From sequence record SRR20825010_29: a stretch of 39,786 nt of DNA, one strand, 5' to 3'. A program made the position numbers and the translations under genes. The notes beneath the pieces are model-generated. The model was not told the DNA's origin and did not search any database. It saw nothing but the letters and a program-made list of their open reading frames with translations. Positions 28,741 through 38,332 of this stretch are shown here, piece after piece. How positions within the stretch are numbered: the first letter of the stretch is position 1; the number at the start of each line of letters is the position of its first letter.

Positions 28741-30609
28741 TTACTTTTTAAGGTCGTAAGCAAATATTGAATTGTTATCTGCTTTATAATATAGTATTCC
28801 CCCTATTTCATCCACAATGTATTCTGGTTGTTTATCTTTTAGCACAATTTCCTTTTCTTTCTCACCAGTATCTTTGCTCAATTTAACAAGCCCAACGCCG
28901 TCATCAAGTTTGGTTAGAATAAATTGATTGTTTTTTGTAGCGGCAGTTGCTTTAAAACGTTTTAGCATTTCTGCTACTGAAGCTCCACTTGCAGCAGCCA
29001 TCCCTCCTGCTAACTCTGCATCACGTTCAGACTGTTCATCATATCCAGCCAATTTGTTTTGCATAGAAGAATTGGCAGCTGCCATTGCGGTTGCAGCGGT
29101 TGCAACTGCAGCAACTCCAGCAATAATTGCTCCCATTGCACTTTTTCCTGGTGCACGGTAATATTCTTGCCATTTTTTTGAACCATCCCAATCCATTAAA
29201 AGCATATTTTGATCGCTTGTTAATAAAATTCCGCCGTCTCTTATTTCTACATGTGAAGGGTCTTCTTTACCATCAAATTTTGATTCTGCCAATGTGCTAA
29301 CTTCCCCAGAATTTGCATCAACGGCAAATAATATATCGTCAGTACTTATTAAATAACGGTTGTTCTTCTTGTCCATAGTAGAGCTTACCGCTCCAGCTCT
29401 TTTATATTTTAATGGCTTTTTCCAAACTGCTTCCCCAGTATTTAAGTTTACAATATTTGCATCTTCAGAAGTAATATAAATTAAGCCTTGCGGCGTGTGT
29501 GCCATCGTTAAAATATTCTCTCCTGTTTTTAGTGGCTTTTTGAATAGGGTATTTCCATCAAAAGAAATTTTATTAATCCCTCCTTGATAAATTCCGAAAA
29601 GAATACCATCCTCCATCACGTAAAAATGCTGCACATATCCTTTTGTTTTTGGAGCTTTATCCCATAAATCTTCTCCGTTTGAAGCATTTAAGAAAGCAAT
29701 ATTAGATTCATTTTTGGTTGCAAAAACACTATCGCTTCCGCCATCGCTTGTATTGCTTACTACTGCAATTCCGTTGGGAAGAATTTCAAAATTAACTACT
29801 TGTCCCTTTACTTTATGATCGTCTTTCCATAGCTCCGCTCCATTCACGCCTACTTTATGTATGCGGGTGTTTTTTCCTTGGTTTACACCTTCAAAAGCAT
29901 AAATTTCTTTTTCAGAAGCATCTGCTACCATCCAGTTTATGTTTTTCATATCGTTCTCCCAAAGTGTTTCGCCTGTCTGTGCCTTTTTGGCTAATAACCC
30001 TTTGGTTGTAGGCACGATTAAATAGTCTTTTAAAAGCAAAACAGACCCACAAGGTTGCATTCCTGCACCAACAGTTACCTTTCCCGGATCGCCTAAATTA
30101 AAACGATAGTCTTCTTTGCCTGTGTTAAGATCATAGACCGCAACAGCAGTTGCATATTTTTCATCAGCTCTCCGCTGACCCGTAACTACAAGCTTGTTTT
30201 GTGGCATTTTTACTTCACAGCTGTATGCTATTTTCCAACCGTTGGTTTCAGTATTAAATAATATTTTTCCTGAAATATAATCTATAACTGTTTTTTTTGC
30301 AGTGAGGTTTGCAAAACCTCCTTGAGCAACAATCACATAAGGTGCATTTGGAACAAAAGTAAGCTCCTCTGGTTTTACCCTGCCATATTCTGTGAAATTA
30401 AACAATAGTTGGTTGCTACCTGGCTTGATCCCCACAAGCCCATTATTGGTAGCAACCACCATTGTTCCTCCCTGCGTTAATGACATTTCATTTATTTTTG
30501 CCCCTGTATCATATCTAAAATCTGGCTGCTCAGCTTTTTGAGAAAACACTGGATTTTCTACAATAAACATACAGCATAGTAATGCGTAAAAAAGGATTGA
30601 AGTTTTCAT
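28741..30609 (-). CDS. Exported PQQ-like/BamB-like beta-propeller protein
   Basis: Signal peptide; repeated xxTG/SG(E/K)xxW blade motifs (QTGETLW, SNGEDLW, NTGEAVW). Confidence 0.75.
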   Translation of the reverse strand: MKTSILFYALLCCMFIVENPVFSQKAEQPDFRYDTGAKINEMSLTQGGTMVVATNNGLVGIKPGSNQLLFNFTEYGRVKPEELTFVPNAPYVIVAQGGFANLTAKKTVIDYISGKILFNTETNGWKIAYSCEVKMPQNKLVVTGQRRADEKYATAVAVYDLNTGKEDYRFNLGDPGKVTVGAGMQPCGSVLLLKDYLIVPTTKGLLAKKAQTGETLWENDMKNINWMVADASEKEIYAFEGVNQGKNTRIHKVGVNGAELWKDDHKVKGQVVNFEILPNGIAVVSNTSDGGSDSVFATKNESNIAFLNASNGEDLWDKAPKTKGYVQHFYVMEDGILFGIYQGGINKISFDGNTLFKKPLKTGENILTMAHTPQGLIYITSEDANIVNLNTGEAVWKKPLKYKRAGAVSSTMDKKNNRYLISTDDILFAVDANSGEVSTLAESKFDGKEDPSHVEIRDGGILLTSDQNMLLMDWDGSKKWQEYYRAPGKSAMGAIIAGVAAVATAATAMAAANSSMQNKLAGYDEQSERDAELAGGMAAASGASVAEMLKRFKATAATKNNQFILTKLDDGVGLVKLSKDTGEKEKEIVLKDKQPEYIVDEIGGILYYKADNNSIFAYDLKK

Positions 30610-30663
30610 TGTCGTGGTTTTATAAGTTGTTATTCAAAGATGGTGAGAGATAAAAGTGAAATC

Positions 30664-30683
30664 AATAAGGCAGTTGACGTATT
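30664..30683. promoter_or_regulatory. 7-2-7 palindromic operator, copy 2
   Basis: AATAAGGCA-GT-TGACGTATT; 21 bp from minus-strand CATCTTTG (30635-30642). Confidence 0.7.
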
Positions 30684-30708
30684 TTTATAGTGTTGAATTT
30701 TTTAATAT

Positions 30709-30745
30709 AAAAAACCGGAAACAAAACATGCGTTTCATTCCCGGT
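30709..30745 (-). terminator. Probable imperfect terminator after the DUF6252-like gene
   Basis: Minus ACCGG...GAAAC / GUUUC-CGGU followed by a U run. Confidence 0.45.
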
Positions 30746-30789
30746 CCACGTAAAAACCTCAACATTGAGATTCTCTTTTATGTGTTTAC

Positions 30790-31311
30790 TTATTTAAAAT
30801 TTACATCAAACGTACCTTCTGTAATATCTTTAAAACTTCCATCCGCATTTTTTCCGCGAAATTTAAAAGTTCCTTTAATATTTGTAGTTGAAACTTCAGA
30901 AACTTTAATTTCACCAGCTACACTATCATCATAAGGTGCAACCCACATTTGCGCATCCATAGGGTTTGCTACATCAACTTCTGTATAACTTGCATTACCA
31001 AATACATTGGCACCTCCACCAATATTATACGTTCCAACTCCTTCAAAGCCAGCAATTATAGAAAGGGACATGTTTTTCCCATTCATTGTGTTCGCCGTAA
31101 TTGTAACCGCACTAATTCCATTTGCCTCTATACGTGTTGCTGTAGTTAGAGAAGGTTCTGAGCTATAATTCGCCCCAGATACTTTTGCTTGCACAGTTCC
31201 AGAAACAGAACCACTTCCGCCGTCACCACCGTCATCATCTTTTTTACAAGAAGTTAAACTCACGGCTACGACAGCCATTAATACTAAAATTGTTTTTTTA
31301 AATGTTTTCAT
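30790..31311 (-). CDS. Lipoprotein, DUF6252-like
   Basis: Lipobox LTSC followed by KKDDD acidic export-type signal; C-terminal IKGTFKF...ITEGTF. Confidence 0.7.
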   Translation of the reverse strand: MKTFKKTILVLMAVVAVSLTSCKKDDDGGDGGSGSVSGTVQAKVSGANYSSEPSLTTATRIEANGISAVTITANTMNGKNMSLSIIAGFEGVGTYNIGGGANVFGNASYTEVDVANPMDAQMWVAPYDDSVAGEIKVSEVSTTNIKGTFKFRGKNADGSFKDITEGTFDVNFK

Positions 31312-31364
31312 AATGTTTTGGTTTTTATAGTTCCGCTAAATGCGAAAACGTGGTTGTTTATTGA

Positions 31365-31892
31365 TTAAAATTTAAAGGTTACCCCAGCTTTTAGCAATGA
31401 TATTCCGTAGCCTAATTCAGCGTTTATACCAATACTTTCAGAAACCCAATAGCGCGCACCAACTTGAGCTCCATAAAGTAACCCGGATGCTTCTGAAGAA
31501 AAATTAAATCCATTTCCTCCGCCAACAGTTTCTGAAGAAATGCTTACATAGCCCAACTTAGCTCCTGCATAAACATCAAAAGTAGCTTCGTTTACAAAAT
31601 GATAGTTTCCTACGGCTCCAAATAATAAATATGTATAATCGAAACCAAAGCCACCGCTTCTAAATTCAGCCCCTGCATATCCCGCAAAAGCACCAGCAGT
31701 AATCTTTTCGGTAAATGCATATTCCCCATTAATCTCAATAGGTGGAAGCGATGATTCGTAACCTGAACCTGAGTAAAATGTAGGACTTAAGCCTACTCCC
31801 AAAGTTACCATCACGTCTCCTTCAGCTATTTGTGCTTGAGAAATCTGGAAAAAACCTAGTGCAATTAGCACAACTAATATTCTTTTTTTCAT
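31365..31892 (-). CDS. Small outer-membrane beta-barrel protein
   Basis: Signal peptide, amphipathic strands (GNYHF, VYAGAKLGY, GARYW), C-terminal Phe. Confidence 0.8.
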   Translation of the reverse strand: MKKRILVVLIALGFFQISQAQIAEGDVMVTLGVGLSPTFYSGSGYESSLPPIEINGEYAFTEKITAGAFAGYAGAEFRSGGFGFDYTYLLFGAVGNYHFVNEATFDVYAGAKLGYVSISSETVGGGNGFNFSSEASGLLYGAQVGARYWVSESIGINAELGYGISLLKAGVTFKF

Positions 31893-31950
31893 ATTTAAAA
31901 TTTGTTATGGTTAATATTCTACAAAGTTGAAACACATAGCCAAATTTTGA

Positions 31951-31970
31951 AATAGGGCAATTGACGTATT
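31951..31970. promoter_or_regulatory. 7-2-7 palindromic operator, copy 3
   Basis: AATAGGGCA-AT-TGACGTATT; 21 bp from minus-strand CAACTTTG (31922-31929). Confidence 0.7.
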
Positions 31971-32002
31971 ATTTTTAGAATTAATTGTTTAGAGAGAAAA
32001 AA

Positions 32003-32965
32003 CTAAAACTCTATGTGTGGAAGTCGTTGTTGAAGTAAAGCAATTTTTTGCTGAAGTTTCGCGCAAAACTGAAGGTGTTCGTCGCTTTTTGCATTGAAAG
32101 GCCTGTGCGCCAAACCATTTTGAATTATAGCAATTTCCTTTTGAAGTGATACTGTTTCTGAAGAAATCCATACCTCTGAAAATTTCTGCCATATTATTTC
32201 AATCGCAGTTTTATTTGGGTGAAGCATATCTTCCGCATAAAAACGATAATCGCGAAGCTCGTCCATCATCATTTCAAAAGACGGAAAATAAAAGGATTTT
32301 TGATTTTCGATTGACGATTGACGATTTTTGAAGTGGTGAATTGAAGAAATTAGATGCGCTTTGCTTAGTGAATTTTCTGCAAAACCATCTTTAATATGCC
32401 GTACTGGCGAAACGGTATTAATTACAGTAGCTTTCGGATTTACTTTTGAAATTTGATTAAAAATATTCTGAATACTTCCGTAATTTTCTTCAATGGAAAG
32501 CAATTCTTTTTTAAAATAATGCTGCGGAAGTTTATGGCAATTAGCTACTATTTTATCTTTTTCAAGATGCCGATATACCCACGAAGTACCATAAGTGAAA
32601 AGAATATGTGTTGCAGAAAAAAGAGATTCTCGTAAGTTTTGAAGTGCCGAATTAAGGTTCGCTAAAAGCTCATTTTTAGCTAAGGCAGAAAGCTCAGAAT
32701 GTACTTCAAAACACTTCCAAACTCCGTTGTGTTCAAAAATACTTTCTTCTGTAAAAAGCCGCTCTTCAATTGCGCGTGTAATTAAATTTTCAATTGAAAC
32801 TGGATTGAAAATAACGCCAAACGGGTTTTGTAAATTCTGAAACTTATAATAATCTAACTTTGCCCCAATATTTTCCGAAAAACAACTTCCTAACAAAAGT
32901 ATTTTTGAAGAATAATCTATTTGATTTTCCTCAGGTTTTAGTGGTATTTCGGTTTGAAGTTTCAT
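32003..32965 (-). CDS. GSCFA domain-containing protein (SGNH-like)
   Basis: LLGSCFSENIG, NPFGVIFNP, VANCHK, TVSPVRH, DELRDYRFY..D.LHP. Confidence 0.92.
   Translation of the reverse strand: MKLQTEIPLKPEENQIDYSSKILLLGSCFSENIGAKLDYYKFQNLQNPFGVIFNPVSIENLITRAIEERLFTEESIFEHNGVWKCFEVHSELSALAKNELLANLNSALQNLRESLFSATHILFTYGTSWVYRHLEKDKIVANCHKLPQHYFKKELLSIEENYGSIQNIFNQISKVNPKATVINTVSPVRHIKDGFAENSLSKAHLISSIHHFKNRQSSIENQKSFYFPSFEMMMDELRDYRFYAEDMLHPNKTAIEIIWQKFSEVWISSETVSLQKEIAIIQNGLAHRPFNAKSDEHLQFCAKLQQKIALLQQRLPHIEF
32295..32329. repeat. Five 7-mer units inside the GSCFA coding sequence
   Basis: GATTTTT GATTTTC GATTGAC GATTGAC GATTTTT, translated as KNRQSSIENQKS. Confidence 0.65.
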
Positions 32966-32969
32966 TTTT

Positions 32970-33029
32970 CAGTATTCAGTGAGCAGTGGCAGTTGGCTGT
33001 ATAGAATACTGCAACTGCAAACTGCTACT
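32970..33029. repeat. Periodic CAGT/ACTG inverted-repeat hairpin filling the alaS-GSCFA junction
   Basis: CAGT at 32970/32977/32984/32990 and ACTG at 33008/33014/33021; arms 32977-32993 and 33008-33024 are 14/17 complementary. Confidence 0.7.
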
Positions 33030-35637
33030 TTATAAATTCTTGTGCTTTTTGCAAAGCTTCTTCTATTCCCGCTGGGTTTTTACCGCCTGCAGTTGCGAAG
33101 AAAGCTTGTCCGCCACCGCCTCCTTGAATAAATTTCCCCAACTCTCGGATTATTTTTCCAGCATCTAAACCTTTCTCGGTTGCCAATTCTTTTGAAATAT
33201 AACAGGTTAACAATGCTTTTCCATCATTTTCTGCTCCAAATACCAAAAATAGATTTTCAATTTCACCGCCAAGTTCAAAAGCCAAATCTTTCATTCCTCC
33301 TGCATCAAGATCAATTTTCTTTGTAAGAAAACGTACTCCGTTAATTTCTTCAATTTCTGACTTTAGCTCACCTTTTAAGTTTTTAGCTTTGTCTTTCAAC
33401 AACTGCTGAATTTGCTTTTGAAGACTATTGTTTTCTTCTTGCAAACTTTCCACTGCTTTTACAGGGTCTTGGGCATTGTTTAATGCTTTTTGTAGCGACG
33501 CAAAAGATTCGCTTCTATCAATAAAATATTGCTTTGCAGCATCACCAGTAATTGCTTCAATCCTTCTAATTCCTGATGCAACAGCACCCTCTGAAGTAAT
33601 AATAAAATGCCAAATATCGTTGGTATTCGGTACGTGTGTTCCTCCACACAATTCCATTGATTTTCCAAATTTAATTGCACGAACAGCATCGCCATATTTT
33701 TCACCGAAAAGTGCAATCGCACCTTCGTCAATAGCTTGTTGGTACCGAATATTCCTTCTTTCTTCTAATGCAATTCCTTCACGAATTCGTGCATTCACAA
33801 AATCTTCAACTTGCTTTAACTCTTCGTCCGTAACTTTTGCAAAATGCGAAAAATCGAAACGTAGATTTCGGCTGTGAACCATACTTCCTTTTTGTGCTAC
33901 ATGCTCGCCCAAAATATTTCGCAATCCTTGATGCAACAAATGGGTTGCAGTGTGGTTTGAAGCAGTCCGACTACGCTGTTTTTCATCTACAACGGCCTTA
34001 AATGTAGCTTCAGGATTTCGAGGAAGGTTTTTAGTAAAGTGAATAATTAAATTGTTTTCCTTTTTTGTATCCACAATATAAGTGACACCGCCATCGGCAG
34101 CTTCCAAATACCCTTTATCACCTACTTGGCCTCCGCCTTCAGGATAAAAAGGGGTAAGATTGAAAACCAATTGGTACATTTCGCCTTCTTTTTTACTATC
34201 TACTTTTCGGTAACGGGTAATCTTTACTTGCGTTTCTAAAGTATCATAACCTACAAATTCCTCTACATCATCTTGTTCCAAAACCACCCAATCGCCCGTT
34301 TCTACCTTAGTCGCTGCACGAGAACGATCTTTTTGTTTTTGCAATTCAGCATCAAATTCTTTTTCATTTAAAGAATACCCGCGCTCACGAAGAATTAATG
34401 CAGTTAAATCTATTGGAAAACCAAAAGTATCATATAACTCGAATGCTTTTTTACCTGAAATTTCTTTAGAATCTGCTGTTTCAATTACGTTTTCAAGCAA
34501 CACTAAACCCTGATCTAATGTTCGTAAAAAAGATTGTTCTTCTTCGCGGATAACGTTTGTAATAAGGTTTTTTTCTGAAATAAGCTCTGGAAAAGCATCG
34601 CCCATTTGTGAGCTTAAGGTCTCGATTAATTTATAAATGAAAGGCTCTTTTTTGTCTAAAAATGTAAATCCATAACGAATTGCTCTTCTTAAGATTCTTC
34701 GTATAACGTAGCCAGCACCTGTATTACTAGGCAATTGACCATCAGCTATTGAAAAAGCTACCGCACGAACGTGATCTGCAATTACACGAGTTGCAATGTC
34801 TTTTTTCTCGTCTTTTCCATAAGAGGTATTGGTAATGGTTCCAATTTCACGAAGTAGTGGTGTAAAAACATCGGTATCATAATTACTCTGTTTATTCTGA
34901 AGAACCATGCACAAACGCTCAAAACCCATTCCGGTATCTACGTGCTGTGCAGGTAATTTTTCAAGGCTCCCACTAGCTTTTCGGTTGAATTGCATAAAAA
35001 CCAAATTCCAAATTTCAACTACTTGTGGATGGTCGTTATTTACTAAATCTTTTCCAGGAATTTTAGCTTTTTCTTCTGCAGAACGAATGTCTACGTGAAT
35101 TTCGCTACACGGACCACAAGGACCTTGATCGCCCATTTCCCAGAAATTATCTTTTTTATTACCGTTTAAAATTCTGTCTTCAGGTACAAATTGCTTCCAA
35201 AGATTGTAAGCTTCAGTATCTCGCTCTAAGCCTTCACTTTCATCTCCTTCAAAAATTGTAACATACAATATGTCTTTATCAATTTTTAAAACTTCAGTTA
35301 AAAGTTCCCACGACCACTCAATCGCTTCTTTCTTAAAATAATCTCCAAAGCTCCAATTTCCAAGCATTTCAAACATGGTATGGTGGTATGTATCCATACC
35401 AACTTCTTCCAAATCGTTGTGTTTTCCACTTACCCGAAGACATTTTTGTGTATCGGCAAGTCGATTGCTTTTTGGCTTTCCGTTCCCTAAAAAATATTCC
35501 TTAAACGGGGCCATCCCACTGTTTATGAACATTAATGTAGGGTCGTTTTTTACAACCATTGGTGCAGACGGGACAATGGTGTGTTGTTTCGACTTAAAAA
35601 ATTCTAAAAACTGGGAGCGTATTTCCTTGGACTTCAT
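33025..35637 (-). CDS. alaS: Alanine--tRNA ligase
   Basis: [57 protein letters not shown]. Confidence 0.98.
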   Translation of the reverse strand: MKSKEIRSQFLEFFKSKQHTIVPSAPMVVKNDPTLMFINSGMAPFKEYFLGNGKPKSNRLADTQKCLRVSGKHNDLEEVGMDTYHHTMFEMLGNWSFGDYFKKEAIEWSWELLTEVLKIDKDILYVTIFEGDESEGLERDTEAYNLWKQFVPEDRILNGNKKDNFWEMGDQGPCGPCSEIHVDIRSAEEKAKIPGKDLVNNDHPQVVEIWNLVFMQFNRKASGSLEKLPAQHVDTGMGFERLCMVLQNKQSNYDTDVFTPLLREIGTITNTSYGKDEKKDIATRVIADHVRAVAFSIADGQLPSNTGAGYVIRRILRRAIRYGFTFLDKKEPFIYKLIETLSSQMGDAFPELISEKNLITNVIREEEQSFLRTLDQGLVLLENVIETADSKEISGKKAFELYDTFGFPIDLTALILRERGYSLNEKEFDAELQKQKDRSRAATKVETGDWVVLEQDDVEEFVGYDTLETQVKITRYRKVDSKKEGEMYQLVFNLTPFYPEGGGQVGDKGYLEAADGGVTYIVDTKKENNLIIHFTKNLPRNPEATFKAVVDEKQRSRTASNHTATHLLHQGLRNILGEHVAQKGSMVHSRNLRFDFSHFAKVTDEELKQVEDFVNARIREGIALEERRNIRYQQAIDEGAIALFGEKYGDAVRAIKFGKSMELCGGTHVPNTNDIWHFIITSEGAVASGIRRIEAITGDAAKQYFIDRSESFASLQKALNNAQDPVKAVESLQEENNSLQKQIQQLLKDKAKNLKGELKSEIEEINGVRFLTKKIDLDAGGMKDLAFELGGEIENLFLVFGAENDGKALLTCYISKELATEKGLDAGKIIRELGKFIQGGGGGQAFFATAGGKNPAGIEEALQKAQEFIK

Positions 35638-35759
35638 TGTTATAAAATTATGCTAAAATTAAGGGTTGGGCGCACTAATAAACAATTTCTATATTTGTAA
35701 AAACGTTACCTTTAATTCGCGCCAACAAGCAACGCGCAAAAATAGCAAAATTTTAATGC

Positions 35760-36737
35760 ATGTCTAAGGTTAAATATTATTACGATAGTGAAACGCTTTC
35801 GTATCGAAAAATAGAAAAGAAAAAGGGAAGAAAACTCAAGATTTTTGCCTTAAGTCTTTTGGGAATGTTTTTAAGTGGTTTCTTACTGTTTTTAATATAC
35901 ATAAACCTACCTTCGGTTCAAACACCAAAAGAGTTGTCGTTACAACGCGAGCTTAACAATATGGAGCTTCAATTTGAACTTTTAAACAAGAAAATACAAC
36001 ATGCACAAGAAGTACTTTCTGAAGTAGAAGACCGCGACAATAACCTATATCGTGTATATTTTGAAGCAAATCCCATTCCTGAAGAACAACGAAAAGCTGG
36101 TTTTGGAGGTATAAATCGCTACAAGGATTTGGAAGGATTTGATAATTCAAAATTGATTATAAACACAACTCGTAATCTAGATGTTTTAACAAAGCAGATC
36201 GTTATTCAATCAAAATCATTAGACGAAATAGCAAAACTAGCCGAGAAAAAAGAAAAGCTTTTAGCTGCGATCCCAGCAATACAACCTGTAAAAAATGAAG
36301 ATTTAACACGTATGGCATCGGGATATGGGTACCGAACTGATCCTTTTACAAAAGCTCGAAAATTTCACTTTGGGATGGATTTTACGGCTCCCAGAGGAAC
36401 ACCTGTGTATGCCACGGGAGATGGTAAAATTACTAGAGCTGACAATACCGCGTCAGGATATGGAAAACATGTTGTAATTGATCACGGCTATGGCTACGAA
36501 AGTCTTTACGCACATTTATACAAATATAATGTGCGCCCAGGGCAAAAAGTGCAACGTGGCGACATTATAGGCTTTGTAGGAAGCACCGGAAGAAGCGAAG
36601 CTCCTCACTGCCATTATGAAGTTTTTAAGGATAATGAACGCATCAACCCGATAAATTTCTACTATGGAAGTCTAACTGCGGAAGAATTTTCAGAAATTCT
36701 TCAAAAATCGCAACAAGAAAACCAATCGCTGGATTAA
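35760..36737 (+). CDS. M23-family metallopeptidase
   Basis: N-terminal TM + coiled coil; HFGMD, YAHL, STGRSEAPHCHYEV. Confidence 0.93.
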   Translation: MSKVKYYYDSETLSYRKIEKKKGRKLKIFALSLLGMFLSGFLLFLIYINLPSVQTPKELSLQRELNNMELQFELLNKKIQHAQEVLSEVEDRDNNLYRVYFEANPIPEEQRKAGFGGINRYKDLEGFDNSKLIINTTRNLDVLTKQIVIQSKSLDEIAKLAEKKEKLLAAIPAIQPVKNEDLTRMASGYGYRTDPFTKARKFHFGMDFTAPRGTPVYATGDGKITRADNTASGYGKHVVIDHGYGYESLYAHLYKYNVRPGQKVQRGDIIGFVGSTGRSEAPHCHYEVFKDNERINPINFYYGSLTAEEFSEILQKSQQENQSLD

Positions 36738-36771
36738 ATAAGTTTGGCTAATAAAACACCTCAAACATATA

Positions 36772-37101
36772 ATGCACATAGACTTACCTGAAAAACTATA
36801 CTATAACATTGGCGAAGTAGCTGATGCTTTTGGCGTTAACACCTCACTAATTAGATTTTGGGAAAAAGAATTTGATGTATTAAAACCAAAAAAAAACGCC
36901 AAAGGAAATAGAAAATTTACCCCACAAGACATTAAAAATCTTGAACTTATCTATCATTTGGTAAAAGAACGTGGATTTACGTTAGAAGGTGCTAAAGTTC
37001 ACCTTAAAGAAAACAAACAAAAAACCTTAAACCAATTTGAGATTATTCGTAAATTGGAAACTGTAAAAGCAGAACTAATAAAAATTAAAGAACAACTCTA
37101 A
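36772..37101 (+). CDS. MerR-family transcriptional regulator
   Basis: YYNIGEVA...SLIRFWEKEF..LKPKK..GNR. Confidence 0.92.
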   Translation: MHIDLPEKLYYNIGEVADAFGVNTSLIRFWEKEFDVLKPKKNAKGNRKFTPQDIKNLELIYHLVKERGFTLEGAKVHLKENKQKTLNQFEIIRKLETVKAELIKIKEQL

Positions 37102-37115
37102 AAATCAACCTCATC

Positions 37116-37721
37116 ATGAAAAAATGGTTACCCATAATTATTATTCTAGGCATCATCTTGCTAATTGGTGCTTATTTAGCAAAAGTGAACAACAAACTTG
37201 TGGTTCTAGACGAAAAAGCAACTGCACAATGGGCAAATGTTGAAAGTTCATATCAACGTCGTGCAGATCTTATCCCAAACATTGTTAGCACCGCAAAAGG
37301 CTATGCAGAATTTGAACAAGAAACCTTAATTCAAGTTACGGAAGCTAGAAGTAAAGCAACCTCAATAAATATTGATCCATCAAATATTACCCCGGAACAA
37401 CTTGCGCAATTCCAACAAGCACAGGCTGGCGTTACCTCTGCCCTTTCACGTTTGTTAGCCGTTTTTGAACGCTATCCAGACTTAAAAGCGAATGAAAATT
37501 TCAAGGAATTAATAAATGAACTAGAACGTACCGAAAACCGTATAAACGTGGAGCGAAATAGGTTTAATGAAGAAGCCAGATTATTCAATACAGAGATTAA
37601 TCAGTTTCCAACTAAATTTGTTGCTGGAATTATAGGCTTTCATGAAAAAGCATATTTCAAAGCAGATGAAGGCAGTGAAAATGCTCCAAAAGTGGATTTC
37701 GATTTCGGAAAAGACAAGTAA
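37116..37721 (+). CDS. lemA: LemA family protein
   Basis: WANVESSYQRRADLIPN, ERYPDLKANENF, ENRI. Confidence 0.93.
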   Translation: MKKWLPIIIILGIILLIGAYLAKVNNKLVVLDEKATAQWANVESSYQRRADLIPNIVSTAKGYAEFEQETLIQVTEARSKATSINIDPSNITPEQLAQFQQAQAGVTSALSRLLAVFERYPDLKANENFKELINELERTENRINVERNRFNEEARLFNTEINQFPTKFVAGIIGFHEKAYFKADEGSENAPKVDFDFGKDK

Positions 37722-37740
37722 TAAAAACATATTTTACAAC

Positions 37741-37789
37741 TTTAGTTAGCAATGTTTTTAACCGAATTCATTGCTAACTAAATTTTTTT
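37741..37789 (+). terminator. Intrinsic terminator-like hairpin after lemA
   Basis: TTTAGTTAGCAATG / CATTGCTAACTAAA perfect 14-bp stem followed by T7. Confidence 0.7.
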
Positions 37790-37814
37790 AAAATTTTAAA
37801 ACACCCAAATAAAC

Positions 37815-38276
37815 ATGTCTAAAGTTGAAGATTTTCTTACTTCGGAAGAAGAAAAAGCAATTATTGAAGCCATACGTATCGCAGAAAAAAATACTTCGGG
37901 TGAAATACGTGTTCATTTAGAACCAACTTCAATTTCTGCTGAAGAACCCAATGAACATATTGATGCATTTGACCGTGCTGCTGAAGTTTTTGATATGCTA
38001 AATATGGACAACACCAAAGAAAGTAATGGGGTGCTTATTTATGTTGCAGTAGACGACCGCACACTGGTTATTATGGGCGATAAAGGTATTAACGATATTG
38101 TTGGTCAGAATTTTTGGGAAAGCACAAAAGATATAATCATCAGTCATTTTAAAAATGGAGCTATGAAACAAGGCCTTGTTGAAGGCATTCTTAAAGCAGG
38201 AGAACAGTTGAAAAAACATTTTCCATATCAAAAAGACGACAAAAACGAATTGCCAGACGAAATTTCAGTGGGATAA
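37815..38276 (+). CDS. TPM domain protein (short type)
   Basis: AEKNTSGEIRVH, NGVLIYVA, GDKGI, NELPDEIS. Confidence 0.88.
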   Translation: MSKVEDFLTSEEEKAIIEAIRIAEKNTSGEIRVHLEPTSISAEEPNEHIDAFDRAAEVFDMLNMDNTKESNGVLIYVAVDDRTLVIMGDKGINDIVGQNFWESTKDIIISHFKNGAMKQGLVEGILKAGEQLKKHFPYQKDDKNELPDEISVG

Positions 38277-38332
38277 TTAATGGCAAACAATGCTTCGCAC
38301 AGCAAGTTAAATAATGCGTAGAAAAAAAATCA

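Noticed and set aside
5773-35656. Numerous 60-150 aa ORFs antisense or out of frame to long genes (e.g. 5773..6123, 16024..16476, 17175..17618, 33428..33877)
   Set aside because: Overlap well-supported conserved genes and have no recognisable motifs
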